A stretch of 64,000 nucleotides of DNA from Glaucostegus cemiculus (GCA_976551045.1 CDPCPM010000069.1:4278001-4342000), one strand, 5' to 3'. Positions 38,747-52,304 are shown, counted from the stretch's first letter. A program made the numbers and translations. The notes: generated by a model from the sequence alone, not told the origin.

Positions 38747-39269
38747 CTGGGGAATAAAAATATCAATGAAGATAGAATCAAAGGAATAATACAACAGGAT
38801 AGAATTTTAGTATCTAATTTAGTACATGATTTATTTAAATATTTCACTCTTCCTTATAACCTAAAATAACTCTGAAATGGGAAAAAATCTCTCTGCGCAG
38901 GAGGAAGAGTTCATCGGTAATGTGTAACATGATTCTGTTTTCTCACCATCTAATGGTTCAGCTATGCATGTAATATAAATTAAATACAAGACACATTTCT
39001 CATTCTCCTCAATTGCCATTATGGCCTCTCAAACTCGTTTAGCACTAAGAAGTGGAGCTTGATGGGACGTAACTATGAATTAGGTCAATGTTCCTTTAAA
39101 CCTAAGAGCTCAAATCTAACTCCGAGGAAAAATTCTTCTGTTATTCTATGGATATTCTACTCAACTCCTAATCAGCAACAAAACCTGACTGAATTTTCCA
39201 ATCCATATTAACCCATGCAATAAAGTTATAAATTGATGAAGTCTTCAGAATTGGGTAAAAATCTCTTAC

Positions 39270-39382
39270 CTGGCATAATCATCAGCATTTTAGTCTTAGC
39301 TGCTACTCTTGACCTCATTCTTATGGCTTTTTCCCTGCGTGGTGCAGTCTCTGCTAAGATACCATTAGGCCAAAATGAATCT
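39270..39382 (-). CDS. SNX13: SNX13 exon (RDSFWPNGILAETAPRREKAIRMRSRVAAKTKMLMIMP)
   Basis: ttccttacag acceptor after an 86-bp intron, G|gtaaga donor; 113 bp, phase 2/1; FWPNG.LA PXC motif. Confidence 0.96.
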
Positions 39383-39468
39383 CTGTAAGGAAAACATAAT
39401 TATTTTAAAGATGTTACAGAATGAAAAATGAATACAGGAAATGCGTATAAATATTTGTTGTTAAATAC

Positions 39469-39537
39469 CTGAATCGTTTTACAGTTTCTGCAACTTGCTC
39501 CGGCGAAGTCATCCAATCAACATGGTCCACTATTTTT
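39469..39537 (-). CDS. SNX13: SNX13 exon (RKIVDHVDWMTSPEQVAETVKRF)
   Basis: Within ORF 39414..39659; ccatttctag acceptor, AG|gtattt donor; 69 bp, phase 2/2. Confidence 0.96.
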
Positions 39538-40797
39538 CTAGAAATGGAGAAGTACCAGAATTGAAAACAAACTGAACAGTTATTCTGAAAAATATATTTC
39601 AATGAATTCATCACCTCCCAGCACTCCAAGCACACAGTTTCATGACCATATCTGACCACAACCCTGCCTCAGTGAGAAATATACCATTTTAAAAGAAACT
39701 CTGCCCATGTACGAATGACTAATACTTGAATTCACTACCAGGTGGTCTGGGGAAAGAATGTTTGTGGCCATTGTGCTTTTTCTAAGAAATTTGGGAAATA
39801 CCCAACTTGACAATTACATAACAAACTTTTTAAACAAATATATTTTCCTTTTGATATTGATCTTAAGCCAACCCATTTACAAACAACTTAAAACATTTTT
39901 TTCTTTTACCCTTAATGAATATTAGCCAATTTCAGTTACACTTTAAAATCATGTTCAATGTGTGAAGTTGATGCCAAAGATACCTTAAGTATTCCATTTA
40001 CTAGAGTCCTAGAAGCAAATGACCATGTGGCTTAATAATTTAATACAGGGGTTAAATAGGAATTGGGTGCATCATAAAATAGCGAGTCATATCCCCAAAA
40101 TTGCTTTGACAGCTGGTTAAGCCACAGTTCCAGGATTACCATTGTCAAAATTGTCAAAAGTCTTTATGTATATCTGATGTTCACAACATTCAAACACTGA
40201 AAAAGCCATGCAAAATTTCACTTCACTCAAAAACACACAGACCTCCACAAAGCTATTCCACTCCTTTGAAATGAATGGAGTTTGCTGAACTGGTCTAAAC
40301 CAGCATATTTTCAGTGCACAATTTCCTGGCACAATTGCTAGGAAACAGTAGGAAGTCGCAGCTCTATCACAAGCAGTCAGAATGGCAGCAATGAGGAAAT
40401 CTGGTACTTTTGACTTTTCATGAGGGGATTCAGATTGCCAATCAGGCCCTCCCTTCAAAACAGTTGCGTGACACTGAAGTTGGTGGGGGGGGGGGAGAAA
40501 ATGTAGGGTGGAGGTGAAGAAACAAAGCAACAAGTGTGAACATAAACACTAATGTGAAGAGCTCCACATTACAAGTAGCTTTTTTTGCCTCCCATGGATA
40601 ATGCTACTTCTTGCCAGAATTGCACCTCTCACCACTTGAACATAGCCCTTCTCAGAACTAGTCAAACTCACTGCAGCTGAAGCCTTATTTTGCCTCAGTA
40701 TCAGTACATAAGACTCAACTTTAAGATTACAGAATATTCAGCAGTTTATTGTATAAAAATATTGTTTGTATTAAGGGGACAATTTGGTGTCACAAAC

Positions 40798-40943
40798 CTG
40801 TTAATTGTGTCTCCATAGGTAGCTCGGATAAGCTGCTGAAGCAAGTTTTTGATGTTCCTTCTTAACCAGTGATTTCTTTCTTTCAAGTCAAATACTTCAT
40901 CCATTAGCAGCAGCATAACTCTAAGAGGAATATTGTCATCAAC
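40798..40943 (-). CDS. SNX13: SNX13 PXC (nexin C) exon (VDDNIPLRVMLLLMDEVFDLKERNHWLRRNIKNLLQQLIRATYGDTIN)
   Basis: gttacag acceptor, AG|gtttgt donor; 146 bp, phase 0/2. Confidence 0.96.
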
Positions 40944-41218
40944 CTGTAACAGGTTTCAAGACAGGTAAGCAAATAATCTTGATTAGCATATAAAACCTCT
41001 AAATAACACTGAACTTGGATTTAGTTAAATATTAAAATTGACGTGCTCAATGGTTATAAATTCTTAATGCAGATAATTTCTCAAAACAGACTACTTATAA
41101 TGTTCTCAACAAAGTGTCCCATTAATAGTTAATACTTCTCATACAATAGCAGTGATGGCATCATAATCAATAAGCAGCAGTAATACACTGTAAAACTTAA
41201 ACATTTTAATAAACTAAT

Positions 41219-41568
41219 CATAGAGTCATGGAACGGGCACCCTTCAGCCCACTAAGTCCACACTGACCGCCAAGTACTCATTTTTACACCAATCCTACCC
41301 TAGTTGATTTTATTCTCTCTACATTCTCATCAGTTCCATGCCCCCCCACCCCAGATTCTACCACTCATCTACACACCAGGGGCAATCCAGAGTGGCCAGT
41401 TAACCTAACAACCCTCTCAATTTTTGGAATGCAGGAGGAAGCTGGAGCACCAACAAGAAAGCAGCCACAAGGAGACTGTGCAAATTCCACACACCAGATA
41501 ATACTGGAGGTCACTATTAAACCTGGGTCGCTGGAGCTGTGAGGCAGCAGCTCCACTTGCTGTGCCAC
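41219..41568 (-). mobile_element. V-SINE (HE1-like) with CR1-derived tail
   Basis: Minus head gtggcacagcaagtggagctgctgcctcacagctccagcgacccaggtt; V-domain gtgctccagcttcctcctgcattcc. Confidence 0.85.
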
Positions 41569-41834
41569 TGATCTCTAATCCTTAGAGTGTGAATTTTAAG
41601 TGCGACCTTTGTTTTTGAAAATGGTGAATGGAAAGGATCCTAGGTATGCTTTACACCAGTGCTTAATCATCAGCCCATCAGAAGAGGTAGGCAAAATAAA
41701 AACAAAATCCACAGGCTAAAGCAATTCCCTGAAAATAAAAATAAAATCAATAGCATCTACATCTGCAAAAAATATTAATCAAATATTAAGATTCATTGAT
41801 TTCTCATAATGTTAAACACAAAAATGTAACGCAC

Positions 41835-41900
41835 GTTATCATCCAGTTGGGCAGAAACACGAATATGTTCACTACCTTCTTCTGGCTTTAACGGAGGAAC
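41835..41900 (-). CDS. SNX13: SNX13 exon (VPPLKPEEGSEHIRVSAQLDDN)
   Basis: ttttgctttag acceptor, AAC|gtgcgt donor; 66 bp, about 2 aa shorter than the recalled human exon. Confidence 0.93.
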
Positions 41901-42329
41901 CTAAAGCAAAAAAAATAGTTAAGTCAATCATTGTATCAGTAAGATTAATGCAAGAAAAAATATTTTAAATACGGTATTTGCGAGAAGCTTTACATCTCCC
42001 AAAGCAATAATTTTCACTTCTGAGCCAAGTTTTAAGAAAAAAACTTCACTGATCTCTACCACATTGCACTCTCACACTATACTTGTGCATCCCTGATTCA
42101 AATCATTTCACCAATGGCAGCTGTGCTTTGATCCTAAACTCTTTAATTTATACTCTAGACCGTACCACCTCATTCCTCTAGTACCACACTCCCTGCAGCC
42201 TTCTTCGTTGACTTGAGTTCTGCCCTAATATCTTTTTATGTGGCATGGTATCAAATTTTATTGTGAAGTGCCTTGGGATGTTTTAGCATATTAATACTGC
42301 TACATTAATGCAAGCTGTTGTCAGAATAC

Positions 42330-42491
42330 CTTTAAAAATGTATTCTTAATTTCATGTCCTAGTTTATCAGACATTTTGCCCATATTGTCTGATACTTTTG
42401 TCATTCCTTCTGCCAGACTGTCTGGAATTGATTTCACAACATTTGAAACATTTCTCATTGAGTTACGCAGGGGATTTACTAGCGTGTCCAT
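42330..42491 (-). CDS. SNX13: SNX13 exon (MDTLVNPLRNSMRNVSNVVKSIPDSLAEGMTKVSDNMGKMSDKLGHEIKNTFLK)
   Basis: Within ORF 42321..42542; gttttgcag acceptor, AAG|gtattc donor; 162 bp. Confidence 0.96.
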
Positions 42492-42899
42492 CTGCAAAAC
42501 ACAAACAAGATGCACAGAATGTATTAAACTAAAAATAGCCATGATTCATTCAACCAAATTCTGCAGGTCAAATTGTACATCTTGCAATCAATAAAGCATT
42601 TCTCTCAGAAAAATTTAAACTTTTAACCAACTCTCAACCATTACCTAAATGACCTGTAATGGCAAATCATTCCATCATCAAGCTTGTATGTTACTTTTAA
42701 TACAATTGGTGAAGACTCTCCATAAAAAGGGCAACCTACATTTTTTTAATGAATGATCAGGTCAAACTACAACAATCCTTTTTTTTGTACACATCTAGCT
42801 TGGGCAGTTAAGTTATCCCATGATGCTTTTGGGTATGGGGTTAAACCCAAAGGCTATGAATGATCAGTTATATATTTGCATATCTGGATTTTGTGGATC

Positions 42900-44200
42900 A
42901 TAGAAAGTAACTTGCTGGTGATGGCATTCCCATGTGCCTGCTCCTTTATGCTTGTAGGTGGTTGATGGTATGGAAGGCAGTAAATGGAGTGCTAATTGAA
43001 AAAAAAAATGCTGTCTTGTTCAACTACTTGGGTGTTGTTTGATGATTACACTCATTCGCTTGCATGAAAACAAATACACAATATTTCACCAGTGGTGATC
43101 CTGAAATTGTTGATGGTGAGAATCTTTGGGATGGTAAGGTCACTGAATGTAACAGGGAAATGAATAATGCGTCTCACTGGAGAAAAGAATTGCCTGACAC
43201 TGGGATGACATGAATGTTATCAGATCCTCCTGGAAGTTGTCCAGGTCTTGTTGTAACACAGGCACTTACTGGTTCATTACCCATGGTGTTGTGAACAGAC
43301 TTGAATATTGTGCGATAATCACCAAACGACCCTACTTCTGACCCTATGACAGAAGGATGGTCATTATAATGAGCTTTGATGAATGGACAGTAACTAACTG
43401 GACAGAATTTGCCCTACTTTGTGGACTGTACATATCCATGAATTTTCCATATAGTTGAGGGAATACCAGTGTTGTAGTCATTGTAGAACAACTTGGTTAG
43501 TGGGTAAATTAGCTGAAGTACTTCACTGTTACTTTTGCTGGGGCATTCACTGAGTTAGCATTCCTGAATGGAATCAACTATTTTTTAATATCACAAGGAC
43601 CTAACCTCTAGACGCTGAAGACTTGTTTTTGTAATGGTGAGGTACTCTGTTCTCAAATATCCAATTTAGCATGGTATTAGGGGCATAGACTGGTGTCACT
43701 GCATGAGGATGACACATCATCGCTACAATGTGGTTGACATTTTATACCATTATTGTCAGTAGTTATTCTACAAATGGTGAGTACTGGATCAAATAAATTT
43801 ATTCTTTATGCTGTTTTTCTTAACACCAAATTGTACCAACTTGTCAGCTGCATCTTTCAAGATTGCCATTTTGTCAGTGGTGTGCTACCATGTCATTCCT
43901 GGTGGTTGATATTGATGTCCTTCATTGTATATACATTCTCTGTCCTTAATGAACAGTGTTTTTTCCAACTGGGATTCGGCATGGAGGATTAGGGGAGGTG
44001 AAGGTGGATGGGAGAAGGTTCAGGGATGATGAGGGGCGTCTGGAACATTGGTTGGAAGATATGATTCTGTGACTAATTTAGGATGTGTTACTAATCTTTG
44101 GGACAGTCCTCTCAAATTTAAGTACAACTCCCCAGTCTTTCATGAGCACAACTTTTCAGGATCTAAATCAAAAGCCCAGTTAATGTCAAGTGTTGTGCCT
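42900..44200 (-). mobile_element. Old degraded LINE (CR1/L2 clade)
   Basis: gttgtccaggtcttgttg, ttgaatattgtgcgataatcaccaaac (reverse of an FADD.T.F-like segment). Confidence 0.55.
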
Positions 44201-44689
44201 GATTTTATTTTTGTCATGTGCCACTAAGATGATAGCTGCAGAATGAAAGGCACGGGCCCAATACAAACCCTGCTCATGCTAGGATCACACCTACTTATGT
44301 TCTCTACTGTATCTTCCTTATAACTTTCAGGTTGAACAAGAATGAACATACTTGAGACTGACAAGTGTACATTTGATATTTACTTGCTCCATGCAGTTGG
44401 AATATTTGATACCTACCTATCTATGGGGCGAGAAGAAGAGTATCTTCTAGGTCTCATGCAGTTTTCTACTAATCCCACATGAATAGGAACTACCAACATA
44501 GGAAGTAACCACACCTAAATCTACCAGGTGTCATGTCACTTGAAATGGGTGACAGCACTCCTTAAAGGAATGCATGAAAATTTCCGAAACCTGGCACAAC
44601 TGGGTCTTAGCCATTTTCCAGGAGACTTTCCAGAAACAAAATTCAGGTAAAAATCTCCATGACTGAGGCCATGTTGTATGCAGTTCTCA

Positions 44690-45190
44690 TTAACCCATTT
44701 AGAGGAAGGATGTGGAGGCTTTAGAGAGGGTGCAAAAGTTCACCAGGATGCTGCCTGTATTAGAGATTATATAAAAGGAGAAGATGGACAAACCTGGATT
44801 ATTTACTCTGGAGTGTTGGGAGTCTGAGGGGAGACCAGAGAGAGGTTTATAAGACATGAGACACACAGATAGGGTAAATAGTCAAAATCCTTTTCCCAGG
44901 ATAGAAATGTCAAATACATGAGGACATAACTTTAAGGTGAGAGGGAGAAAGTTTAATAGAGATATGCGAGGTGTTTCTTCCCCCCCCCCGAGAAAGTGGT
45001 AGGTGCCTGGTATATACTGCCAGGGCTGGGGTGGCGGATAAAGGTACGATAATGGCATTTATACAGGCACATGGACATGCAGGGAATGTACGGATATTAA
45101 TCATGTGCAGATAGGTTTAGTTTAATTTGGCATCATGGTCAGCACATAGGCAGAACAGCTTGTCCCTGTGCTGTACTGTTCTATGTTCTA
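44690..45190 (+). mobile_element. CR1 LINE 3' end
   Basis: aggaaggatgtggaggctttagagagggtgca; ends gctgtactgttctatgttcta. Confidence 0.9.
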
Positions 45191-45422
45191 TATGCTATTA
45201 TGAAATGCAAATGGCTTCAGACACCAAAGTGATAATTTTTCATATGTAGAAAACTTCTAATAATGTTTTGTCGCAAAATTGTTAAAAGTATTGATAACCA
45301 TTTGTCAAATATCATAACTGAGAACTACAGAGGTTTAGGTACTGTGTCATAATAGAAAAACAAATGCAAACGAGGCTTTGGTAAGTGCATTATGTAATCT
45401 AGCCAACAGATGGCAGACTTAC

Positions 45423-45533
45423 CTTACGAGCAAAATCACCTTTTCCTTTGCTATAGGCTTTATTTTCCAGAAAGTCATTCACATATGGAATCAGAGCTGG
45501 ACAAGCTTTTACCACTTCAGGGTTGATTAATAA
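45423..45533 (-). CDS. SNX13: SNX13 exon (LLINPEVVKACPALIPYVNDFLENKAYSKGKGDFARK)
   Basis: ttttgtttag acceptor, AAG|gtaagt donor; 111 bp. Confidence 0.96.
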
Positions 45534-45930
45534 CTAAACAAAAGCAGAAAATAACTCAAGTAACTATGTCTTAATCATTTAATATCAGAATGTTTGAGTT
45601 ATTATTTTACAATAAACTTGAAAAGAGACATTAATGGTTACCTATTATGACAAAAGTTAATGATGCTGTTGGGATATGATACAGATTTTGGAATTTAGGT
45701 GAAACAGTTTAATATTTTCTTAAATTTTATAATTGATCAAGGTCTGGCTTGCTTATTTCAAGCTTTTCAATTAGCTATACAATTTGTGCAGTTCGTCATA
45801 TATTTTTGATGCGTGTTCGGTTTTTAGTATCTCATACATAGCTTAGAGTTAAATCATTTCAAAATCAAAGAATTCTAAAAGCAGTAACCTTGAATTAAGG
45901 CATTTTCTAACAGTGGCTGAAAAAACTTAC

Positions 45931-46038
45931 CTGCAAATATGTATTAAGGTCTTTTTTCCTCTTCCCCAAGAACTCTTTATCCATATTATTGAAGGTTTTT
46001 TTCCCAGGAAGTTTAAGAAAACTTGAAAGATGTTCAAA
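45931..46038 (-). CDS. SNX13: SNX13 PX exon (FEHLSSFLKLPGKKTFNNMDKEFLGKRKKDLNTYLQ)
   Basis: ctttattcag acceptor, CAG|gtaagt donor; 108 bp; PX motifs LPGKK and RKKDLN.YL. Confidence 0.96.
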
Positions 46039-47774
46039 CTGAATAAAGATAAACAATGTCATTTATTTTTCATATTACAATTATAAATATTCATGTAACT
46101 ACATTTTGCATAGAACATTTACTCTAAGAGTACATGTTATATGGTACATTCAAACCACAGCTGTTTAAATGGTGCATTAATCCAGTTATTCTCGTTTCCA
46201 GGTGTTAAATTGTAAGAATGCAGACAGATTAGTACAGGGCAGAGGGTACAGCTTTTGTCAACTGCTCCTTTTAGGGCAGCTGTTCAGTTTTCAGTCCTGC
46301 CAAATCTCATGCATTTTATGTGATACTTTAACATTTGCTCTGTTTCCCAAGCATAAGTTTGAGTTCTCATGCTTGGTGACCACAGGTCTGATAGTGAAAA
46401 TTCTCTAATTCCTTGGACTCAGGATTGGTCACATACATTACCCTCTAAAAAAATACTCCATGCATGTCACACAGGTGCAGAAGTTATGCATAAGTAACTT
46501 CAGAATGTTGCAGTCAAACTGAAGTCAGTGAGTTTTTTTTCATTTTGGGGAGGGGATCAGAATACATGTTGGGGGGAAAAAAGTCTCTTGCAAGTGAAAA
46601 CTACATTTCTGCACTGAGTTTGGTTTGTGAGGAAATGCTTTGTAATCTGTTGGCTGTTATTAAAGTACCCTAAGATTAAACCTTCCATAATGTTTCTTTG
46701 TAAACAAAAATGAAATATTTTTAAATAACAGATGACAACATTGTAACAACTTCAGCTGTAACACCATAACATGGAAATATATCTGACAATAAATCACAAA
46801 TTGATGTCAAACCAAGAATACATGCCAATGTGCAGAAAGCATTAAAACCAAGTTACTTGCATGATTAGCTCAAAGAACAAAGCTCAAAGAGCATGGAAAC
46901 AGGCTATTCTGCCCACCACATCCATGATGACCAGTAGGTACCCTTCTGTATTAATCTCATCTTCCAATACTTCAGCCATGCAGATACCACTTTTTGTCGT
47001 CACATGTTGACTAATTAATTGATTCAAATACTCCTGGAACTGATTTTTGCCTGATTATATTAAATTCCAGGATAAATATTCGTACAAATAAATAAGTCAA
47101 CTACATTCATTATGAAAGGGTCAGAGAACCTTGTATGTAACAACATGGTATCATATTTTGAAACTTAATTGAAAACCAAGTCAATATTGATCCTTTTAAT
47201 AATTTATTCACTAGGCTAGCAATTATGGGATGCTTCATAATCCATTAAATGCTTAGCTGTTAGTTTACGCTGTGCACAAACTCAATTTGACACCCTCATA
47301 TAATTTTTAGTTCGTGCTTTTTGTAATCTGCCTTAGAAATACTGGAAAAATCAAGTATGTTAGAATGTAGTATACTTGTATTCAAGTTACATTAATTAGT
47401 CTTGCCTATCTACACTAAATATAAATCTTACTTTTATTTAGTCACTCATCAATGGAACATCTGCTGTTCTAAAGTTAATTCTTATCCTTCATGCACTTAA
47501 TACAGCCATACTTACTAACAACTGGACACATGTTAGATCATAAATAAAGAAGTAAACTGCGAATATAAAATACAAGAAACAAACAGTAGCTGAACTTGCT
47601 TCTTTAGCAAAGACAGACTGAAGTTCTGAGTGTACATCCTTTGCTGGATTAGAAGAGCAAAATCAGCATATCAGCACATTTGGAAAAGAATGGTTAAGGG
47701 AAATGAATGGAATCACAAGTACTAACAGCACGTGGATGAGCTATAAACTCTTAAGACTAAAGGTTCCACCCCGT

Positions 47775-47995
47775 ATCGGGTGAGTTATCCCTAGCCCTGG
47801 CCAAATAGTCAGATAGCAATAGTTATCCCTTGAGCAATATTGAATTAAAACAAATTAAAAAGTCAAATTCATGTTATGTTTGTGAAAGCATGCTGCAATA
47901 CATCTCAGATTACAGTAGTGACAATAATTCAAAACTATTTCATTGGCTATAAAACACTTTGGAACTTTCTAAAAGGGAAACTAAAAGCATTATAC
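47775..47995 (+). mobile_element. Deu-domain SINE fragment
   Basis: gagttatccctagccctggccaa...ttcattggctataaaacactttgg, homologous to 7990-8170. Confidence 0.65.
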
Positions 47996-48224
47996 CACAA
48001 GGGAACGCAGAGAAGGTCGAGGTTCTTTTGAGAAAGTGAAGATTCTTTTCCTTGGGAAAGATGAAATTAATAAGGCAACTAAAGAGATATTTAAATTATG
48101 AATGGGGCATATGTGAGAAATATATCTAAACAGGCACCCAGATTAGTTTACCATTTGAAGGCTACTGTATTTGAGCAGGCTGCAATAATAGTAGCAGACC
48201 ACAGGAAATCCCCAGAAGTTGAGG

Positions 48225-48527
48225 TAACTCCAGGACCAGAGGGCATGAGCTAAGAATTAAGGGTATGCCATTTAGGACAGAAGTGAGGAGAAACTTCTTC
48301 TCACAAAGGGTGGTAAATCTGTGGAATGCACTGCCTCAGAGGGCAGTGGAGGCCAATACACTGGGCACTTTCAAGGAAGAGTTAGATAGGTTTCTTATAG
48401 ATAGGGGAATCAGGGGATATGGGGACAAGGCAGGAACAGGTTATTGAGGGTAGATGATCAGCCATGATCTCAAAATGGCGGAGCAGACTCGAAGGGCCGA
48501 AAGGTCTACTTCTGCTCCTATTGTCTA
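48225..48527 (+). mobile_element. Young, 5'-truncated CR1 3' end
   Basis: ORF 48265..48447 FRTEVRRNFFSQRVVNLWNALPQRAVEA is intact; 3' UTR tcgaagggccgaaaggtctacttctgctcctat retains CpGs. Confidence 0.92.
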
Positions 48528-49489
48528 TAAGGGTGGGATGGTGGAAAAATGAATGATAGTGGGTCAAGTATGAACTAGGAACAGCCCATGGCATTTTTAA
48601 GATAACTGTTTAAGTAGCCATTGCCAGTTCAACTGTGGTGCATGCTCAATTTTTATACAATTTGACATCAAAATCCAAAAACTGACTTTAGAGCCTGGTC
48701 GGGATCTTCCACATTTTTTAAGATGATATTTAGGTTACTTTCAGCGCAATCTAGCATGGGATATGACACAACAATTTCAACAACAGCTTAATGCTCAAAA
48801 GCATATCATAAAATGCACCAATTTCTTGTTTGCAAGCTAAATAAATCAACTCATTACAAAGGGAGAGATGTAGTCTTTAATACCTACAGCTTAAACCCCC
48901 TACACTGCTAAAATTACACAATTCATCATTTCAGCACACATGGGGAGAAAAGATCAGCATGGACGTAGTGGGTCAAAGGACCCCTTTCAGTCTTCTATGA
49001 GCAGAGATAAAAAATGAGAACCAAACTTGTTTTAAAATAAGAAACATTATTGACTGACTGAACATTCACTGAGGAGTAATTTAATAGAAACCTTTGATAT
49101 TCTGACCATATTGAACCAGAACTTCTAACCATAATTCTCAGTTAAAAGCTAAACTATCAATATGCACACCAATCAAACCAGGTGAAATTCAAATTAACCT
49201 GTGAATTACAGGCATCAGCTGATAAGCGCACACAAAAAAATAAGAAAAACTTCAAACCTTTGAATTTTTCAGCAGGAAAACATAAGCTATAACAGAAAAC
49301 CTATCTAAGATGAGCAAAGTGCTCCATGCTACATCAAGAAGAAATTAAGGCAGAGTTGAACAAGGTCAAGGCTGATTAAAATATGAACTGAAGCCAAGAG
49401 AAACTATAACAGCTTACTTAAAGGTTAAAGAAGTGAGATAGGTGACCAAGAGCTGCTCAGAAAGATTTAGAAAACTAACAAGTAGGAAG

Positions 49490-50075
49490 TCTAACAGAAG
49501 TTTTTTTTTGGTAGGGGAGTCACAAACAAAATCAGGCAAATATTGTTTTTCTTATATAGGGCTTTGGTGAGGCAACTTCTAGAATACTTTCAGTTTTAGT
49601 CTCCTTACTTAATGGTGTAAACGTATCGGAAGTTGTTCAGAGAAGATTTACTTGACTGACACCAGGAATGGGTAGGTTGCCTTATGAGAAAAAGTTGAAC
49701 TGACTAGGCTTCCATCCACTGGAATTTAGAAGAATGAGAGCGACTTAATTAAAACACAAGATTTGAGAGCTTGATGAGGGGGAAGAGATGTTTCCTCTTG
49801 TAGGAGAATCCTGAACTGGGGTCATTGCTTAAAAGACAAAGGATTACATATTGAGAAATAATGCAATGTTTTTTTCTCTCAAAGGGTCACAGACCCTTAC
49901 AACACTTCTTCAAATGGCAGTGGAAACAAAGTCTTTGAATATTTTTAAAACAGAGACAGAGAAGCAAAAGGGTGGGGGTGTAGATAAGAATGCAGAGATT
50001 ACAGTTAAATTAGCTTATATTTTATTGAATGGGGAGTGGGGCTGCATGGCCTAATCTTGTTCCTAGTGCTCGTGT
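49490..50075 (+). mobile_element. Degraded CR1 3' fragment
   Basis: tatagggctttggtgagg...ctggaatttagaagaatgag. Confidence 0.8.
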
Positions 50076-50084
50076 TCACCTGGA

Positions 50085-50387
50085 ATAAGAGATAAAGTAA
50101 GGTATCTTTACTAGTCACATGTACATCGAAACACACAGTGAAATGCATCTTTTGCGTAGAGTGTTCTGGGGGCAGCCCACAAGTGTGACCACACTTCCGG
50201 CGCTAACATAGCATGCCCACAACTTCCTAACCTGAATGTCTTTGGAATGTAGGAAGAAACCGGAGCACCTGGAGGAAACCCACGCAGATACGGGGAGAAC
50301 ATACAAACTCCTTACAGACAGTAGCGGGAAATGAACTCGGGTCACTGGCTCTGTAAAGTGTTACGCTAACTGCTACACTACCATGCC
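50085..50387 (-). mobile_element. V-SINE, same family as 13923-14225
   Basis: Near-identical over about 300 bp to the 13.9-kb copy. Confidence 0.9.
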
Positions 50388-51378
50388 TGTCCCTGCCAAA
50401 CTGGAGGGGTTTAGGGAGAGTTCCACAATAAATGAACAGAGCTGCTGGAAGTTTTGGCATGGCATGATTGAAGGGAGAGCAGGAACATTGCAGAAGTAGG
50501 GTAGAGTAAAAGGCATGGAAAAACCAAAACCCAATTTTTTTCCCTCCTAAGGTAATGAGCTAAAAAATGGGAAGCCAGGTACCTGAGACTTAATAAAGGA
50601 TAGCATGACTAAGTTCTTTACACATTCTTTATGAAGAAATCCAATCTTAGTGATTAAGCTGATGTGGAACAAATCAGTTGAAACTGTAACAGAATGCAGA
50701 TTTTGTTTACCAATGTAATAAACAGAGGAAGCTATGGAGGGATATTGCCAAATATAATAAAGTTACATCAAATGCTGGTCATCCAGGACTTGATTTAAAT
50801 AGACAGGTTGCATGAGAATATCCTGAGACAGAAAAGGTGTCACGATGGCCAGCATTTGAATGCAAATAAAAGCCAATTTGTTACATTAAAATCCACTAAG
50901 AAGTTGTATAGAGGTTTATGCATCCACACTACAATAAACATTTAGGTAAAAACTTACACTCACAAAAGCAACAGCATTCATCTCTAATAATGCAATGTGG
51001 TGCTCAGGGATTTTTGCTTGAATGTATCTAAATTCTAAGTAAACTATCTATAATTTCTTTAATTATATCAAACTGTCTCAAGGGACAATTTGGTAACATA
51101 CTAATTTAATGATTTTAGCAAAAAATGAATGGTTGCATTACATGGCAGTTGGTTGGAATGGTCACAAGACTAACATGCTATACAAAGCAGAGTTAAGAGG
51201 GAGCGACAGCATCTCACCCAGACCACCCAATTTACTTTGAGAATAGGTCTTATGTTATAGAGGCAACTGTTTCACTAATATGGCTCAGAGTTCAAAGTAA
51301 TCAATGCCACATGAAAATTTGCTGTGAAAAAGACCAGATTACAAGACAAATAATCTTGGGTGTGGATGATGTAGATAC

Positions 51379-51645
51379 TGTTAGGGATTATTTTAGTATT
51401 ATGATATTATGGATAGCAGATATTAATTAAAATGACGACACAAGAGACTGCAGAACCTGTCTCAAGGAAATAAAACCTGCTCACAAATTAACTTCAACTG
51501 ATACTTTAAGGCTACTGAAATCAATCACTGGGTGTGGGACATTCTGATTCAATTGAACAGTTCTCTAGTATGACTCTTTGTTACGAGCCAAGTCGCTACT
51601 TGGTGAATATCCCTCTAAGGCACCTGGGCAGTAGTGTAGCAGTAG

Positions 51646-51724
<79 letters not shown>

Positions 51725-52304
51725 CTGCAAGACGACAAGACTATATCTGGAGCGTTCTAGCTGTTGCGCAGAGAGTCAGAGAGACTGCTGGTCTCTGTAT
51801 CTATGGATGAAGAACAATAGCTGTCACTATACAATCCACGTATGGATTTTTGGAGCAATCTGTGGAGTCCACTTTGTCGTTAACCCGCACTGGAAAGCAG
51901 GAATATTTGTGGGCGGCCACGTATCAAATGCCTTTGGAGTAGAAGATACTTCAGAACAAAGCAATGGAGATCACTGGTGACTCAGGTGTCATATGGGTTC
52001 CATTGTGGAACATGTGGATTTTGTACATTCTCTCTACACTCTATCGCTACGGTCTACTGTGGTTTTCAAAAGCCACAGCTCATCGTTTTACCTAATGATT
52101 TGCTGAACTGAACTTTGAGAACTATTCCTAGACTTGAGGTTTGGGAATTTGCCACACACACACACACTCTTCAAGTTTATTTTTGGGGTCAATGCTTAAT
52201 ATTTAACATTTTTATTTCTCTTATTAATACAACCAGTTATTAATAAATAGATACTAACATTCATACATGGCTCTTTGTGTTTCTATTGTTGCTCGTATGT
52301 AACA
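51379..52304 (+). mobile_element. Probable solo LTR (about 926 bp), unrelated to the sushi-like LTR
   Basis: TGTTA...TAACA inverted termini, AATAAA about 60 bp from the right end, raised CpG content; no TSD found. Confidence 0.5.
51647..51720. repeat. (TG)37 microsatellite
   Basis: Perfect dinucleotide run of 74 bp. Confidence 0.98.

Noticed and set aside
40117-40533. 138-aa minus-strand ORF in an SNX13 intron
   Set aside because: No recognisable domain, non-ATG start, and the flanking SNX13 exons already join in phase without it
51534-51980. 148-aa ORF with a (VC)n tract
   Set aside because: The tract is the translated (TG)37 microsatellite inside a probable LTR; there is no protein-like content
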